Shown piece after piece: positions 39,101-48,590 of a stretch of 64,000 bases of DNA. Position 1 is the stretch's first letter. Each line of letters begins with the position of its first letter. Below the pieces are notes generated by a model. That model ran no database searches and was not told where the DNA came from. It saw nothing but the letters and a program-made list of their open reading frames with translations. The DNA lies in contig CH464491.1 of the NCBI GenBank assembly GCA_000002445.1, forward strand, positions 1,312,001-1,376,000. The letters run 5' to 3'. The DNA is from Trypanosoma brucei. Taxonomy: Eukaryota. A program made the position numbers and the translations under genes.

Positions 39101-39223
39101 CTCTCATGCAGTTACAGAGCGGAATGCGTAGCATTAGAGATAGGACTGCAACGGCTGCTGAAATGGCTTCCGGCATACAGAAGCACACCGAGCAGGTTGT
39201 CCATCTTCTCTGACTCGCTGTAA
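36149..39223 (+). CDS. Retroelement ORF segment: 2A peptide + AP endonuclease + reverse transcriptase + N-terminal half of RNase H (ends at in-frame TAA)
   Basis: The ATG at 36149 encodes MLLSGDVEENPGP. The track ORF 35864..39223 is the same frame read through flanking DNA. The stop TAA at 39221-39223 is in frame with the next segment. Confidence 0.85.
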   Translation: MLLSGDVEENPGPSLRGVQWNSAGLSQGKRLALHKTLVDERIAFCLLSETRMKPGEAACFSVAGYQHYGIARNCKGGRVSILVRADLPVETGMAVVGRIEQVHATIHLARGAALTVTSAYIPPKHTFTATDLDTLLTTDGAQIIGADANAHALAWDRASPPNTKGETLTQWCIDNQFLVCNTGECTRYARHQGKSTPDVTLSRNCTVYTWTSLYSPDSDHHHIFFDVMVGDDTDALSCPRLRKPMCAWLKADWRNFRLKVDEFCRKIGREKNVNTLEQKLSSAIRIAMKVSVPRGCRATPPHWTPELAKLDEEITGCGPSHRREKLVATRKQILDRTTKKRWSTLCSRLAVSDRCSWHIVKKVYAPRPLTTQAVLVDNAAITDYRRAERFNKLYSSRARRHPDSHPPAPIKTIASEFSPITMAELRRSIKLLPCGSAAGPDCLYNEALQHLGITALNVVLRLFNESLRTGVVPPAWKTGVIIPILKAGKKEEDLDSYRPVTPTSCLCKVMERIIAARFRDTVESQLTPQKSGFRPGCSTLEQLLHVRAALCRPTHQSRTGVVFVDYEKAFVTVDHDKIAREMHRMKVSPHIVKWCVSFLSNRTGRVRFKEKLSRSRTFERRVPQGTALGPIMFIIVMNSLSQRLAEVPLLQHGFFADDLTLLASHTERDVINHTLQCGLNVVLQLSKDYFMSVNVAKTKCTLFGCIERHPLTLQLDGERIGADRTPKLLGVTFQCLQGMATHAAETRRKMDFRLLQIAAISASTWVPRRQVLRTFYLALVQAHTMYGIEVWYWDASERSRDLLASAQHKASRIIAGIPHGTRKEDSLLEANLLPLKTTTLVRSMKFMLMCESRGGCLRRSAEEVYHSKHPVRVLHSRIMRSYPHLRIEPREHPLETSTLRHSCRPLFHTQIKPVCADDPDDVKREASEKWIERHFVRRGKELPRREHYELWTDGSVSLGEKSGAAALLYRNNTLICAPKTGAGELSCSYRAECVALEIGLQRLLKWLPAYRSTPSRLSIFSDSL

Positions 39224-39679
39224 ATGTTAACAGCACTGCAGACAGGCCCCCTAGCCGTAACGGACCCAATTCTGAGACGACTATGGAGGCTTCTGCTTCA
39301 AGTTCAGAGAAGGAAGGTGCGTATCCGACTGCAATTTGTGTTTGGCCATTGTGGCGTGAAACCGAATGAGGTTTGTGACGAAATGGCCAAAAAGGCCGCA
39401 GATTTACCACAGTTGCGAGACACATGGATCCCCGACATCATTGCTTATGCGAAGCGAGTGCTTAGGTCGGAAGAAGTCCATGAGAACACTCATAGGTTTG
39501 GTATCACGGGCAACCACTTTCCAACAAAACATAGGGAAGAACTGACGAGGGAAGAAGAAACGGCACTGGCACGCTTTCGGGTTGGGTCTTCAAGACACTA
39601 TGGATGGATGTTGCGAAAGATCAACCCGAGTGTAGTGTACCCTCACAGTGCCGATGGTGTAACCCGCAACATGCAGTGA
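39224..39679 (+). CDS. Retroelement ORF segment: C-terminal half of RNase H (same frame as upstream segment, separated only by a TAA nonsense codon)
   Basis: 39224 and 35864 are in the same reading frame. Contains the RNase H C-terminal motif HCGVKPNEVCDEMAKKAADL. Confidence 0.8.
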   Translation: MLTALQTGPLAVTDPILRRLWRLLLQVQRRKVRIRLQFVFGHCGVKPNEVCDEMAKKAADLPQLRDTWIPDIIAYAKRVLRSEEVHENTHRFGITGNHFPTKHREELTREEETALARFRVGSSRHYGWMLRKINPSVVYPHSADGVTRNMQ

Positions 39680-39806
39680 TAGGACCAACAATACAAACAC
39701 AAACAGCCTACCTGTTGCGACACGCACTCTTCAGAGAACCTCCGAACCGACCAAATGTACGGAGTGTGATGCCACATACCAATGCCGCTCGAGTGCTGTA
39801 ACGCAC

Positions 39807-40916
39807 ATGGTAAACAAACATGGCTTTGTGCGAGCTGATGCCCTCCGGAGGATCAAATACGGCGATGCAACACCCGCAGTGGATATCCCCCCGGAGCCCC
39901 CTCCAGTGGTGGCGATCGTTCCTCTACCATCGAGCACACGAGTCCCGATGAGACCGCAGGTGTTTCATTGTACCCTCTGTGCCTCCAAATTCGCAGTGCA
40001 AGGCCGACTATTACACCACCTTAGAACAATACATGGCATAGGCAGCGGTAGTTACCGCGTGAAAAGGGAGCGAGAGAACGAGGACTCAGTGCAAGGAGAT
40101 GGTAGAGCCCCAGCAGCGCCAGCCTCTCAGGATACACGGAAGCTGCCGTTTCAATGTGACCTGTGCGAGGCGAGCTTCGGTACACGCTCTTCCCTGTCAC
40201 TACACAAGAAATTCAAACATAAGAGCATAGTGACGGAGGACGGTACCGTGGTGGTGGTGCAATTCCCTCGTAAGCGTGCCCGTGAGGGAAACGTTGACGT
40301 CCCGGGGAAGGGCGAGGTGCAGTGCGGTGTGTGCCAAAAAGTGCTCAGTTGCAGGGACTCCCTCATCCGACACTGTAAGGCTTTCCACAAAGGTGAGGGA
40401 GTCGAGCTTAAATGCAGCAAAAGCACAAAATTGTGTTCCACGGATTCCCCGCATACAAATGCATCCATGTTGGTGTGCCCGACATGCGGAAGGCAGTGTG
40501 CTAGCAAAACTGGCCTCACCCTACATCAAAAGAAGATGTACGGTATGAAGGTAGAGCGCGCTGTTACCAGCCAACGCGGCGACTGCGAAGAAACGTCGCT
40601 GTACCTGATGAGCTGGCCCGGTTTGAAGGAGTTACGTGTCAGGTTTGCGGTAGAAGGTGTATGTGTGCAGGATGTATGCTTCTCCAAAAGGCTGGCGCAG
40701 TTTCTCATTGCGGTTGAACGGAGCCGGCCGCAGGTGAAGTCCTCACCTAAGGTAACAGTCATACAACCCACTCTCCCTTCTGCAACTTTCCCCCTTATTG
40801 CCGAGTGTGGAGCTTGCAGGAAAGGCACTGGACGCAGGAATAGTCCAGAAACCCTCAGAGACAGAGGGGGTATGCAGTCAACAAGCAACAGAAACAGAAA
40901 GAGGGGGAGAGAATAA
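39807..40916 (+). CDS. Retroelement ORF segment: C2H2 zinc-finger nucleic-acid-binding domain (frameshifted relative to RT/RNase H)
   Basis: Several C2H2 units: CTLCASKFAVQGRLLHHLRTIHG, CDLCEASFGTRSSLSLHKKFKH, CGVCQKVLSCRDSLIRHCKAFH, CPTCGRQCASKTGLTLHQKKMYG. The frame differs from 39224..39679. Confidence 0.8.
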   Translation: MVNKHGFVRADALRRIKYGDATPAVDIPPEPPPVVAIVPLPSSTRVPMRPQVFHCTLCASKFAVQGRLLHHLRTIHGIGSGSYRVKRERENEDSVQGDGRAPAAPASQDTRKLPFQCDLCEASFGTRSSLSLHKKFKHKSIVTEDGTVVVVQFPRKRAREGNVDVPGKGEVQCGVCQKVLSCRDSLIRHCKAFHKGEGVELKCSKSTKLCSTDSPHTNASMLVCPTCGRQCASKTGLTLHQKKMYGMKVERAVTSQRGDCEETSLYLMSWPGLKELRVRFAVEGVCVQDVCFSKRLAQFLIAVERSRPQVKSSPKVTVIQPTLPSATFPLIAECGACRKGTGRRNSPETLRDRGGMQSTSNRNRKRGRE

Positions 40917-41985
40917 TAAACGAATAACAAAAATCAAAACAAAAGGATTGCTAATTGACATCTTTTGGAGAGTCTGGGGTGGGGGGCTTCTCGCCCCATC
41001 TGCTGTATTCCGTTCAAATGCGGAGCTACAAAAAAAAATTATAGAGGGTGTGTTAGGATGAATAAAAAAGGGAGACTCTGCCACAGTCGCCAGACCGATA
41101 GCATCTCAGGGCTCTACGGTGATGGCTGACGGCCGTGCCAGTGGGGGGAAACTCTCCCGAAGGCACGAAGAAAATTTCAAAAAAAAAACTTGCTGTTTCG
41201 ACCAAATGAACTTTGCAGCGACATCCAGAGTGGTGACCGTTGATGCAATCACTGCCCGGAGCTGACATTGCCGGCTACCCATCTCGTGGCCTCCGGGTGC
41301 GGTGCATATGGTGATAGGACTCGGTCGATCGCTTGATTTTTAGTTGGTACGGGGTCGGCTCCGCTGCATGGTGCTGCGCGTATAGAGTTGCTCACGGTGG
41401 AGCCGTTGTTCCTCTTGCGTTGCTGATGGTGACATTTTTCGACCTTTATATTGATGGGTGAAACGATAAGACGAAAAAAAGGTGTTTGTAGCGATTGTAG
41501 TGGTGGCGCTTCTTTTTCCCCCCTATTTTTAACGGGTGTCTAATACATAGTCACTGTTTATGCTACGCTGCACTACTCTCTTCGTGCGGGCGTGAGGCAA
41601 CGTTAAGTTTCTGCTACATATGTATCGCATAGACTGATTAACAAGCTTATCATAACCTATTTATCCCTCCGTTAGAGACTTTCCTATAACGAGGCGTGAT
41701 GTTTCTATATTCTTCATGGCTCTGCAATCACCCTGTGCTATTTTTGCCCCAGATTTGCTAATGCTCACTTCTGGGAAGTATATTCCCCTCGTGGACGACT
41801 CAAATATTTCAAGAGCTGAGGGACACGGTGCTTCAACCCCTGTAACCCTCTTTACCGCTGCGCATATTTATTAATTTAGGATTTCGAGGAGCCCTTGATG
41901 TGGTATGGTATGTGTCCTTGATGTGACTGTTATTCTCATTACATCTTTATTTTCCATGTGTGTCGCAAGAATATAGGTAAAGAAA

Positions 41986-43323
41986 ATGTTTCGGTGTTAT
42001 GGACGAAAACTGAGTCCCCAACTACGTGACATTATACACCGACTGGACTTTATTGAAAAACAGATTATTGATCTCAAGGCTTTTCGAGATGCGGTTCAGG
42101 CGACGTTGCCAAGCGTTGCGACCGCTGCTGATGCTCTAGCTAGGAAGCGCCAAGAAACAGCAAACCAAATCAATGTAGTGGCGAAGGATCCTTTGACGTC
42201 CGAGGAGTTCGTAGAACTGAATCAATATTATGCCGTTCAAATGGTTCAAACGTTAGCACTTCGTAATATGGTGCACATAAGGACGCATGAGGATCTATAT
42301 TCACACGCCCGATTAATTCACAGAGAGTATCTTGTACGTGTTGCACAGCGGGCCCGCGCACTTAGTCATGCATGTGTGGGGTTGTCTCAGATGCCTTCTA
42401 TTCAGGAACTACGCAGGTGGTATGAGTGGAGTTTCCATGATGTGAGGAGTACGAAAGCTCCAGTCGATGCTGAGGGCGCTCTGAAATTTGATACACTAGT
42501 TAGACGTCTTTTTTTGAGGCACTACAACGTGAGCGCACTTCTTAGCGAGGGCATGCACGAACTTGGGGAGCGCCAAAGGTGGGATGAACACTCTCACTCC
42601 GATGACCTCCTTACCGAAACATTTGACGAGCTTCAACGGTTCTTCGATGAATTTTGTATGGGTCGTGTGAGGTTGCGTTTTCTCGTGGGAAATTATGTTC
42701 AGTTGTCGACGCAAATTTTGCGGGTGGAACCACGGTACTCTGAGAAGCTTACAGCTCCCATGTATTTTGACCACGACCCCGAGAGCTTTGTTGGACAAAT
42801 ATGCCAACGATGCTCATTAATAAAACTAGTAGAGTGCGCGATACGTTCTGCAAGGGCGTCTTACAGTGAGTTGGGTATTGAGCTCCGTGTAGCTGTAGAT
42901 CCTGATGCAACGCTATCTGGGATTCCATACATTACGTATGATATTTTATCTGCGTTAATTGACGATGCCATTCAGGCTAATGTTCTACGGCAGGAAAAGT
43001 ATGGAATACCATTCACGCCAGTTGTGATCACTATTGCTCAACGCAATGCCAATGAGCAGTTTAGTGTCCGTGTTTCCGATACTGCCGGCGGGATGCCCCT
43101 TCATCTTGCCCGACACGTGTTGAAATATTGGTTTGCGTACAAGTGCACGGATGACATGTTGAAACTCGCTAAAACATGGACACATAGTCCCATACGTCTA
43201 CCATATGCTTACTGTGCAGCCAAGGTTTTAGGGGGGGATATATCAGTGGTTTCCATTGATGGTTATGGCACCGACCGTTTTCTTCATCTTCCGTCCGACG
43301 GGATAGAGAGGGTTCGTTTTTAG
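41986..43323 (+). CDS. Mitochondrial PDK/BCKDK-family protein kinase-like protein (GHKL ATPase fold), with degenerate G2 box
   Basis: ATG start. G1 box VRVSDTAGGMP (cf. SDRGGGV). The C-terminal block SVVSIDGYGTDRFLHLP closely matches PDK LKLYSLEGYGTDAVIYI. The N-box-like helix is ILSALIDDAIQANV. The glycine-rich G2 loop is replaced by HSPIRLPYAY. Confidence 0.7.
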   Translation: MFRCYGRKLSPQLRDIIHRLDFIEKQIIDLKAFRDAVQATLPSVATAADALARKRQETANQINVVAKDPLTSEEFVELNQYYAVQMVQTLALRNMVHIRTHEDLYSHARLIHREYLVRVAQRARALSHACVGLSQMPSIQELRRWYEWSFHDVRSTKAPVDAEGALKFDTLVRRLFLRHYNVSALLSEGMHELGERQRWDEHSHSDDLLTETFDELQRFFDEFCMGRVRLRFLVGNYVQLSTQILRVEPRYSEKLTAPMYFDHDPESFVGQICQRCSLIKLVECAIRSARASYSELGIELRVAVDPDATLSGIPYITYDILSALIDDAIQANVLRQEKYGIPFTPVVITIAQRNANEQFSVRVSDTAGGMPLHLARHVLKYWFAYKCTDDMLKLAKTWTHSPIRLPYAYCAAKVLGGDISVVSIDGYGTDRFLHLPSDGIERVRF

Positions 43324-43878
43324 CAGTCAGCTTTTGCTAATCTTAATTTGTTTAACTGAGATACTTACGTTTACACCTAAGCGGGAGAGCGAACTGACAC
43401 ACAGTTTACTACTTTTTTCTGAACTTGTTAACTATCGCTCGATTTTCGTTAGCATTCACCATTTGTTTTACTCGTATTTTAACGTGGAATCCTCTAATGA
43501 AATTACGGAAACGAACGACTTTATCTTTTCCTGCTTATGGACATTTACCACCTTACTCTTCCTCTCTATTTTTTGCTTTGCGTTCCTCTGTTCGTGGAAG
43601 GTGGTTACTTGATGCTTTACCCTCATAATTATATCTGTACGACTACAAAATTTTTGTTCACCATTAGCAAGCATAGCCGTTGCCTGTTTCTACAAAAAAA
43701 AAACAACAAGCGACAGGGTAAGTGAATGTATAGATTAAGCGGGATATTTATGTGAAAGTCTACTAGAGGAAAGCCGTTCAAAAGTCCAACTTCCCCCCAC
43801 ATAGGACATTTTAGTTGTGCTGAGAGGTGTACCTGCTAACTCGTGCGCTCGTGCGGGACTACAACGTGATCAAGGCAG

Positions 43879-44481
43879 TTGTTGAGAAGTATAAGTAAGT
43901 TCTTACTGTTTTCTTTCCCTGAGATTAATAAAGACAAGGGTTCTCGGCGGAGGGGTATCGAAAAAAGTGATCATGTAGAGGGATATATGCGCTTGAAAAC
44001 TGCCGTTAGCGTTTCTTCTGGAGCGAAGATCATGTTTGTGGAAGTCACTGGTGATGCCGTGCTGTACCCACGACGGGCTGTATTATCTTACATTGCTTCT
44101 TGCGAGCCCCACGGTATGCAGTTTGATATTTGCCCGCCCTTACTCTCCGAGAAACACACATGTGCCCTGGATGTTGTTGGGTTGCTCCGGGGCGTAATAT
44201 GCATATCGTCTTTAACCCTGGGAATGCGCAGTGTGGCGGGCTGCATGAGAGTTAGCAAACCACACCTTACTCGCCAGCAAAGCTATGTTTTCTTTCCTTT
44301 TTGTTTTATTCCCACTTCTTCAGTGCCGTTTGTTGCTGGTCGATATTCCGCCGTAATTAAAGAGAAAATGATTCGTATGCACGGTAAACACTACTTTTGT
44401 ATAAAAGTGCCAGTGTTGCGCCTTACAGCTTTCCAAGGCGTGCAGGGCGGGGGGGGCAGGGTGTTATTCGAGGTCACTTGA
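43879..44481 (+). CDS. Hypothetical ORF (200 aa; non-ATG track start), weak
   Basis: Only the open frame supports it. No motifs. Composition is intermediate. Listed for completeness. Confidence 0.25.
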   Translation: MLRSISKFLLFSFPEINKDKGSRRRGIEKSDHVEGYMRLKTAVSVSSGAKIMFVEVTGDAVLYPRRAVLSYIASCEPHGMQFDICPPLLSEKHTCALDVVGLLRGVICISSLTLGMRSVAGCMRVSKPHLTRQQSYVFFPFCFIPTSSVPFVAGRYSAVIKEKMIRMHGKHYFCIKVPVLRLTAFQGVQGGGGRVLFEVT

Positions 44482-46986
44482 GTGGCTGCGGCGCGGTGAG
44501 TTGTGTTCTTTTCAGATCTAAAAAGGCCGCGGTAATGATGTGTACGATGGATTCGTTTTTTAAGGCGATGACGAGCTGGTAAAGTGAGAAAAAGTTGTGC
44601 GGTGCCGACGTTGGTGCATTCATCCCAATTATAGGAAGAGCCTTCTATCTCTCCATCACATATTTTGGTTGTAGCAACGATTTTTGTTGGATGTATTTGG
44701 TGACTTTAGGCATATTCTTCTTTGCGGATATGGATATTGAATGAGGGCATATAGTTGTATTCCATCACGGTGATCTGCGACAGGTTTTAAATAAATTAGC
44801 TTTAGCCCCGTTGTTAACATCCGTTTTGAGACCCGTGTACGACATTTGGGTGACACCTTCATGATTCTATGCTCGAATAACTGCCTTTTCATTGCTAGAG
44901 ACTTGATTACTGGATAATTATACAAACATTTGAAGGGAAGGGCGCGTTACAGAGGTAAACAAACACACAACGCAAATTTTCGATTGCTGACCTTTTTTGC
45001 TCTCAGAGACGCCGAGGGAAAGGAAGCGAAAAGCCTTCTTCTGTGAAGACGTGAGCGCAAGGCTCACAGCAAAGAGGGAGGTTGCAGTGATACGAATCGA
45101 CGGTAAACGTGCTTGTGTGTTTTTCTGTGGCGATGTTTTTAAATATTACTGTTTATGAACCACTGACGTCAGTAACACAGATTTCACTACTTATATGGTC
45201 TCCTCTTTTTATTTCTTTAAGTTTGTTGTAGAGAATGTGAAACATATGAAGGTAATACAACTGTTCTAACTTCCCCCCTGGGTGACAGTATAGTTCAACG
45301 AAGAAGACGGAAGGCCATGACCTGTGGTGCTGTACAGGTGGGATACTTCGCACAAAGGGCGCATAACGGAAAATATTGCGTATGTTAAACGCGATTTTAT
45401 TTTGTTTCTTTTGAGTTCTTCAGACGTTTGTCTGTACAGGTGGAAAGGGGGAAAAGACTCGTATTTTAATTTTACCGCAAAAAAAAAAAAGAAATTAAGT
45501 TTTTGTTAACTAGTGTGTGACTCACATAAGGGAGCACACTTAGATGAGCGGATCACATGAGGTGGGATAAAGGTGCAGGCGTGTGTCCATGATGCTCCTT
45601 TCTTCTTCTTTTTTTTTTTTTGAGAGAGTTTTGTGGTTGTCATCTGTCTTTTATTCTGTTGGCCTTATGCTCTTTCTTGGTTGAGTGAGGTAGTAAAGGG
45701 TATGGTGGGGTATTGTCGTGAAGAGGAGCTACGGTTGCGTTTTGTGCATGATGGATTGCAATGGAAACCGTAATGTTACCTGTGTTTAGTGTGTGTGTGT
45801 GTGTATGTGTGGTTGTGTGCCGTCATTGACAGGAGATCGCGTCTCTTGTGAGAGTCTATATTACAGTTCGGCGCAACGGTTTTGCCGCGTTAACGCTGCT
45901 GGAATCTAATCAGAGATGTTGGGATGCCTTGAAGTGTATGTTTGCTGCTAAGGTTGTTCGCAGTGTTGTGCCTCTATTGTGTTGCGTAAGTAAAGGGTCG
46001 ACTGCCCTTGTTGCCGGTGTGGGAAGTAATGAGTCCGTGCATGCTTTCCCTTGTTCGCGTTTGTGGCGTATGGGTTGTGTGTAAATCGTTATTCTTTTCT
46101 GTTAATCATCGTGAGGAGCATGTTGATATAATTTTTGGTCTTTTTCGTTCATTTGTGACAGGGGGTCAGCTCCAGGTGGTGCAAAAGTACCAGAATGAGT
46201 GGTGTAATGCCGAGGCGGATGATTCCACTGCGGCACCATACGATGCTGTCTCAAAAGGTTGAAGCGTCCTTTCACAGTGTGTTTGGGGGGGGGGTTCTGC
46301 TTTGTTGAAGTGAGCGCTGGTGGTGTTTTGATTGCAAGTGCTGAACAAATGGCAACATTACATGATTGCCCTTGAAGTGTCTGTATACACCCTGATGGGT
46401 GAGCGGAGCACATTTCTTTATGTTAGACGGCGGTTGTGGTGCTGAAATTTATCATAGCTGCCTGTGAGTGCCCATCTCGACCATCCAAGGATACTTAGAT
46501 ATTGTTCACTGTTTCCATATTCTTTGTTATTTTTTAAAGGCGAGGTTAAGTAAAAGTAGATTGCTGCATATTGCATTTGTGCGTAGGCCAGTACCGGCGG
46601 TTGATCTCACGAAAATTACTTTTATTTATTTTTGTGGTTAACAATAACCCCTCTCCTGCCTGGTTATTCCCAACGAGTGTGTATGGATCTGATGTTCTCT
46701 TCCAACCACAGTGATTGGACCCACTGCTGTATTGGTCGGCGCAGAATTTGCCGAAGCTTTTGTTTTAATATCTACCTTGCGGTAAGAGGAATCTTGCGAA
46801 TAACGTGTAAGCAAAAGTGTCAAAAACCGAACGCTTCGATGTCCCCCTCCAAATTCGAAGTTTGAGAATTTACCTGGATGCTGGTGCCTAACCTACCCTA
46901 TTTCCCCCTTTTTTCCCCTGCGATTGTGTCTCGTGTAGTCAGGTTGCCGAAAGGCTCAAAGTTAATTACATCGCAACATCGGTTCG

Positions 46987-48465
46987 ATGAACTCTAAAGA
47001 CACGAATGAGTTGAAAAGGGGTGCTGGGTACCTAAAAGAAAAAGCAATAATTGGGCTTACGCGTGTGACGGGAAATGAACTGGATCGTGCCATATACAAA
47101 GTTACAAGTCACAAGCTTAAGGCCCCTAAGGAGAAGCACATGCAGCGGGTTTTGGCCGCGACACGCGGATATAGTAGCCAGAAAACTCACAAAGGTCGCA
47201 ACACATGCGAGTACATTGTTTCTGAGTTTGAGAAGCGTCTTCATACACACAACTGGATCGTTGTATTGAAAACGTTGGTGACGTTTCATCGCTTAATGAA
47301 GGATGGTTCGGACGAGGTGAATAATTGTATACAGCAGAACCGTAATATTTTTTGCTTTCGCAACATAAAGGACCTTTCAGAGAGTTCCGAAGGGGCCGTA
47401 CAAAGTGTGTTTATCCGCCAGTATATGTATTACCTCGAGGAGCGTTCCTCTTCTCAACGGAAGCTAGGTGCTTCTAAACGTATGGAAAACAGTGAATTTG
47501 GCGTTTTTCTTCGGTCCCTCGATGTTGACACTCTTGGCCCCGTCTTTGAGTCGCTGTTGGTGCAACTTTCTGCACTTGTCGAGGTACAGTACAAGGAGGC
47601 TATAGTTGACAACTTTTGCACGATGGAGGCTTTTCAAAGGCTGGTGAACGATGGGAAGCTACTCTATCAGATACTTTCAGACCGGGCAATCTTTATACTT
47701 GACGGCTTTAGTGGGTTTACTCTTCAGCAGAAAAAGGATTGGGTAAGGCGGTATCGGGAATACACTGTAGTGGGAGAGAGACTGCGCTTACTTTTCGAAT
47801 CAATCGCAAACTCAAAAAGGATGTTTGACGAACCTCCTCCACCCCTAAAGGCGCTTCCCGGGTCTTTATTAGAGAGCCTGGAGAGAGAAGTCCGTTTGAG
47901 TAGCATAGCTCACGAGGACATAACCGAGACGCTCGAGAGTCTGGGTATAACTGCCGATGAAAAGACCCCACTGAAGGCGACAACTTCAGATGGCACAATG
48001 GCAATATACTCACCAGTGGCGACTGAGAAGGCGCTTGACACCACAGAGACAGGAGCACCTCCGGTCACTGAGCCCAAAAAAGAGTCTGGTTTCTCAATTG
48101 ATGATCTGTTTGTACCTCCTCCTGTCACCGACTCTCATCAACAAACATCTTATAACCCGTCCACAATACCTCAAGGTACCCAGATGGAGGGGCCCCTTAT
48201 TCAAACTGAGGCGAACCCAAACATGACCTACACTTTCCCAACCGGGGTTCCTGTTGGTCAAAACTTCTTCGGCCAACAACCGACAGGGAATTCATTGACG
48301 TGGGAGGCCCCCAGCCCTGCACCGGGTTCGATGCAACCGCAGTCTGCGGCGGGCATCGTTCCCTCGTGGAGTGATTCGTCAGCATCATGGGGTCGAGGTA
48401 ATTGCGGTAGCAATACTGTGGATCCGTTTAAGGATCTTTACGCGAGCCAGAAGGGAGGCCAGTAG
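46987..48465 (+). CDS. CALM: ANTH-domain clathrin assembly protein (AP180/CALM homologue)
   Basis: ATG start. The N-terminus LTRVTGNELDRAIYKVTSHKLKAPKEKHMQRVL matches the ANTH signature (KAT.H....PK.KH, the PIP2-binding site). The C-terminal half is a low-complexity Pro/Ser/Thr/Gln-rich linker, as in AP180/CALM. Confidence 0.8.
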   Translation: MNSKDTNELKRGAGYLKEKAIIGLTRVTGNELDRAIYKVTSHKLKAPKEKHMQRVLAATRGYSSQKTHKGRNTCEYIVSEFEKRLHTHNWIVVLKTLVTFHRLMKDGSDEVNNCIQQNRNIFCFRNIKDLSESSEGAVQSVFIRQYMYYLEERSSSQRKLGASKRMENSEFGVFLRSLDVDTLGPVFESLLVQLSALVEVQYKEAIVDNFCTMEAFQRLVNDGKLLYQILSDRAIFILDGFSGFTLQQKKDWVRRYREYTVVGERLRLLFESIANSKRMFDEPPPPLKALPGSLLESLEREVRLSSIAHEDITETLESLGITADEKTPLKATTSDGTMAIYSPVATEKALDTTETGAPPVTEPKKESGFSIDDLFVPPPVTDSHQQTSYNPSTIPQGTQMEGPLIQTEANPNMTYTFPTGVPVGQNFFGQQPTGNSLTWEAPSPAPGSMQPQSAAGIVPSWSDSSASWGRGNCGSNTVDPFKDLYASQKGGQ

Positions 48466-48565
48466 TCGAGTGGCAGGATGAAAACGTTTTCCAATTATTC
48501 AGGTCGTGTGTTGGTGCAGTGGTTGGGTCTGGGTAAAATACTGTGTCCTTATCACTGAGGTAGTG

Positions 48566-48590
48566 AATATATATATATATATATATATAT
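48566..48590. repeat. (AT)n microsatellite
   Basis: atatatatatatatatatatatat immediately after the CALM gene. Confidence 0.9.

Larger units (their letters stand above)
36093..41189 (+). mobile_element. ingi/L1Tc-clade non-LTR (LINE) retrotransposon, near full length (~5.1 kb), with degenerated ORF (one in-frame stop, one frameshift)
   Basis: 5' end begins ccctgggcacgtgccagcgtgccatc..., a Pr77-like hallmark as I recall it. The ORF opens with the 2A peptide LLSGDVEENPGP. Then come an AP endonuclease (VQWNSAGLSQGK...), a reverse transcriptase (FADDLTLLA = YxDD box), RNase H (TDGS...ALEIGL...HCGVKPNEVCDEMAKKAA) and C2H2 fingers (CTLCASKFAVQGRLLHHLRTIHG). A-runs lie at 41031-41039 and 41180-41189. 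The 3' boundary is uncertain and is either ~41039 or ~41189. Confidence 0.85.
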
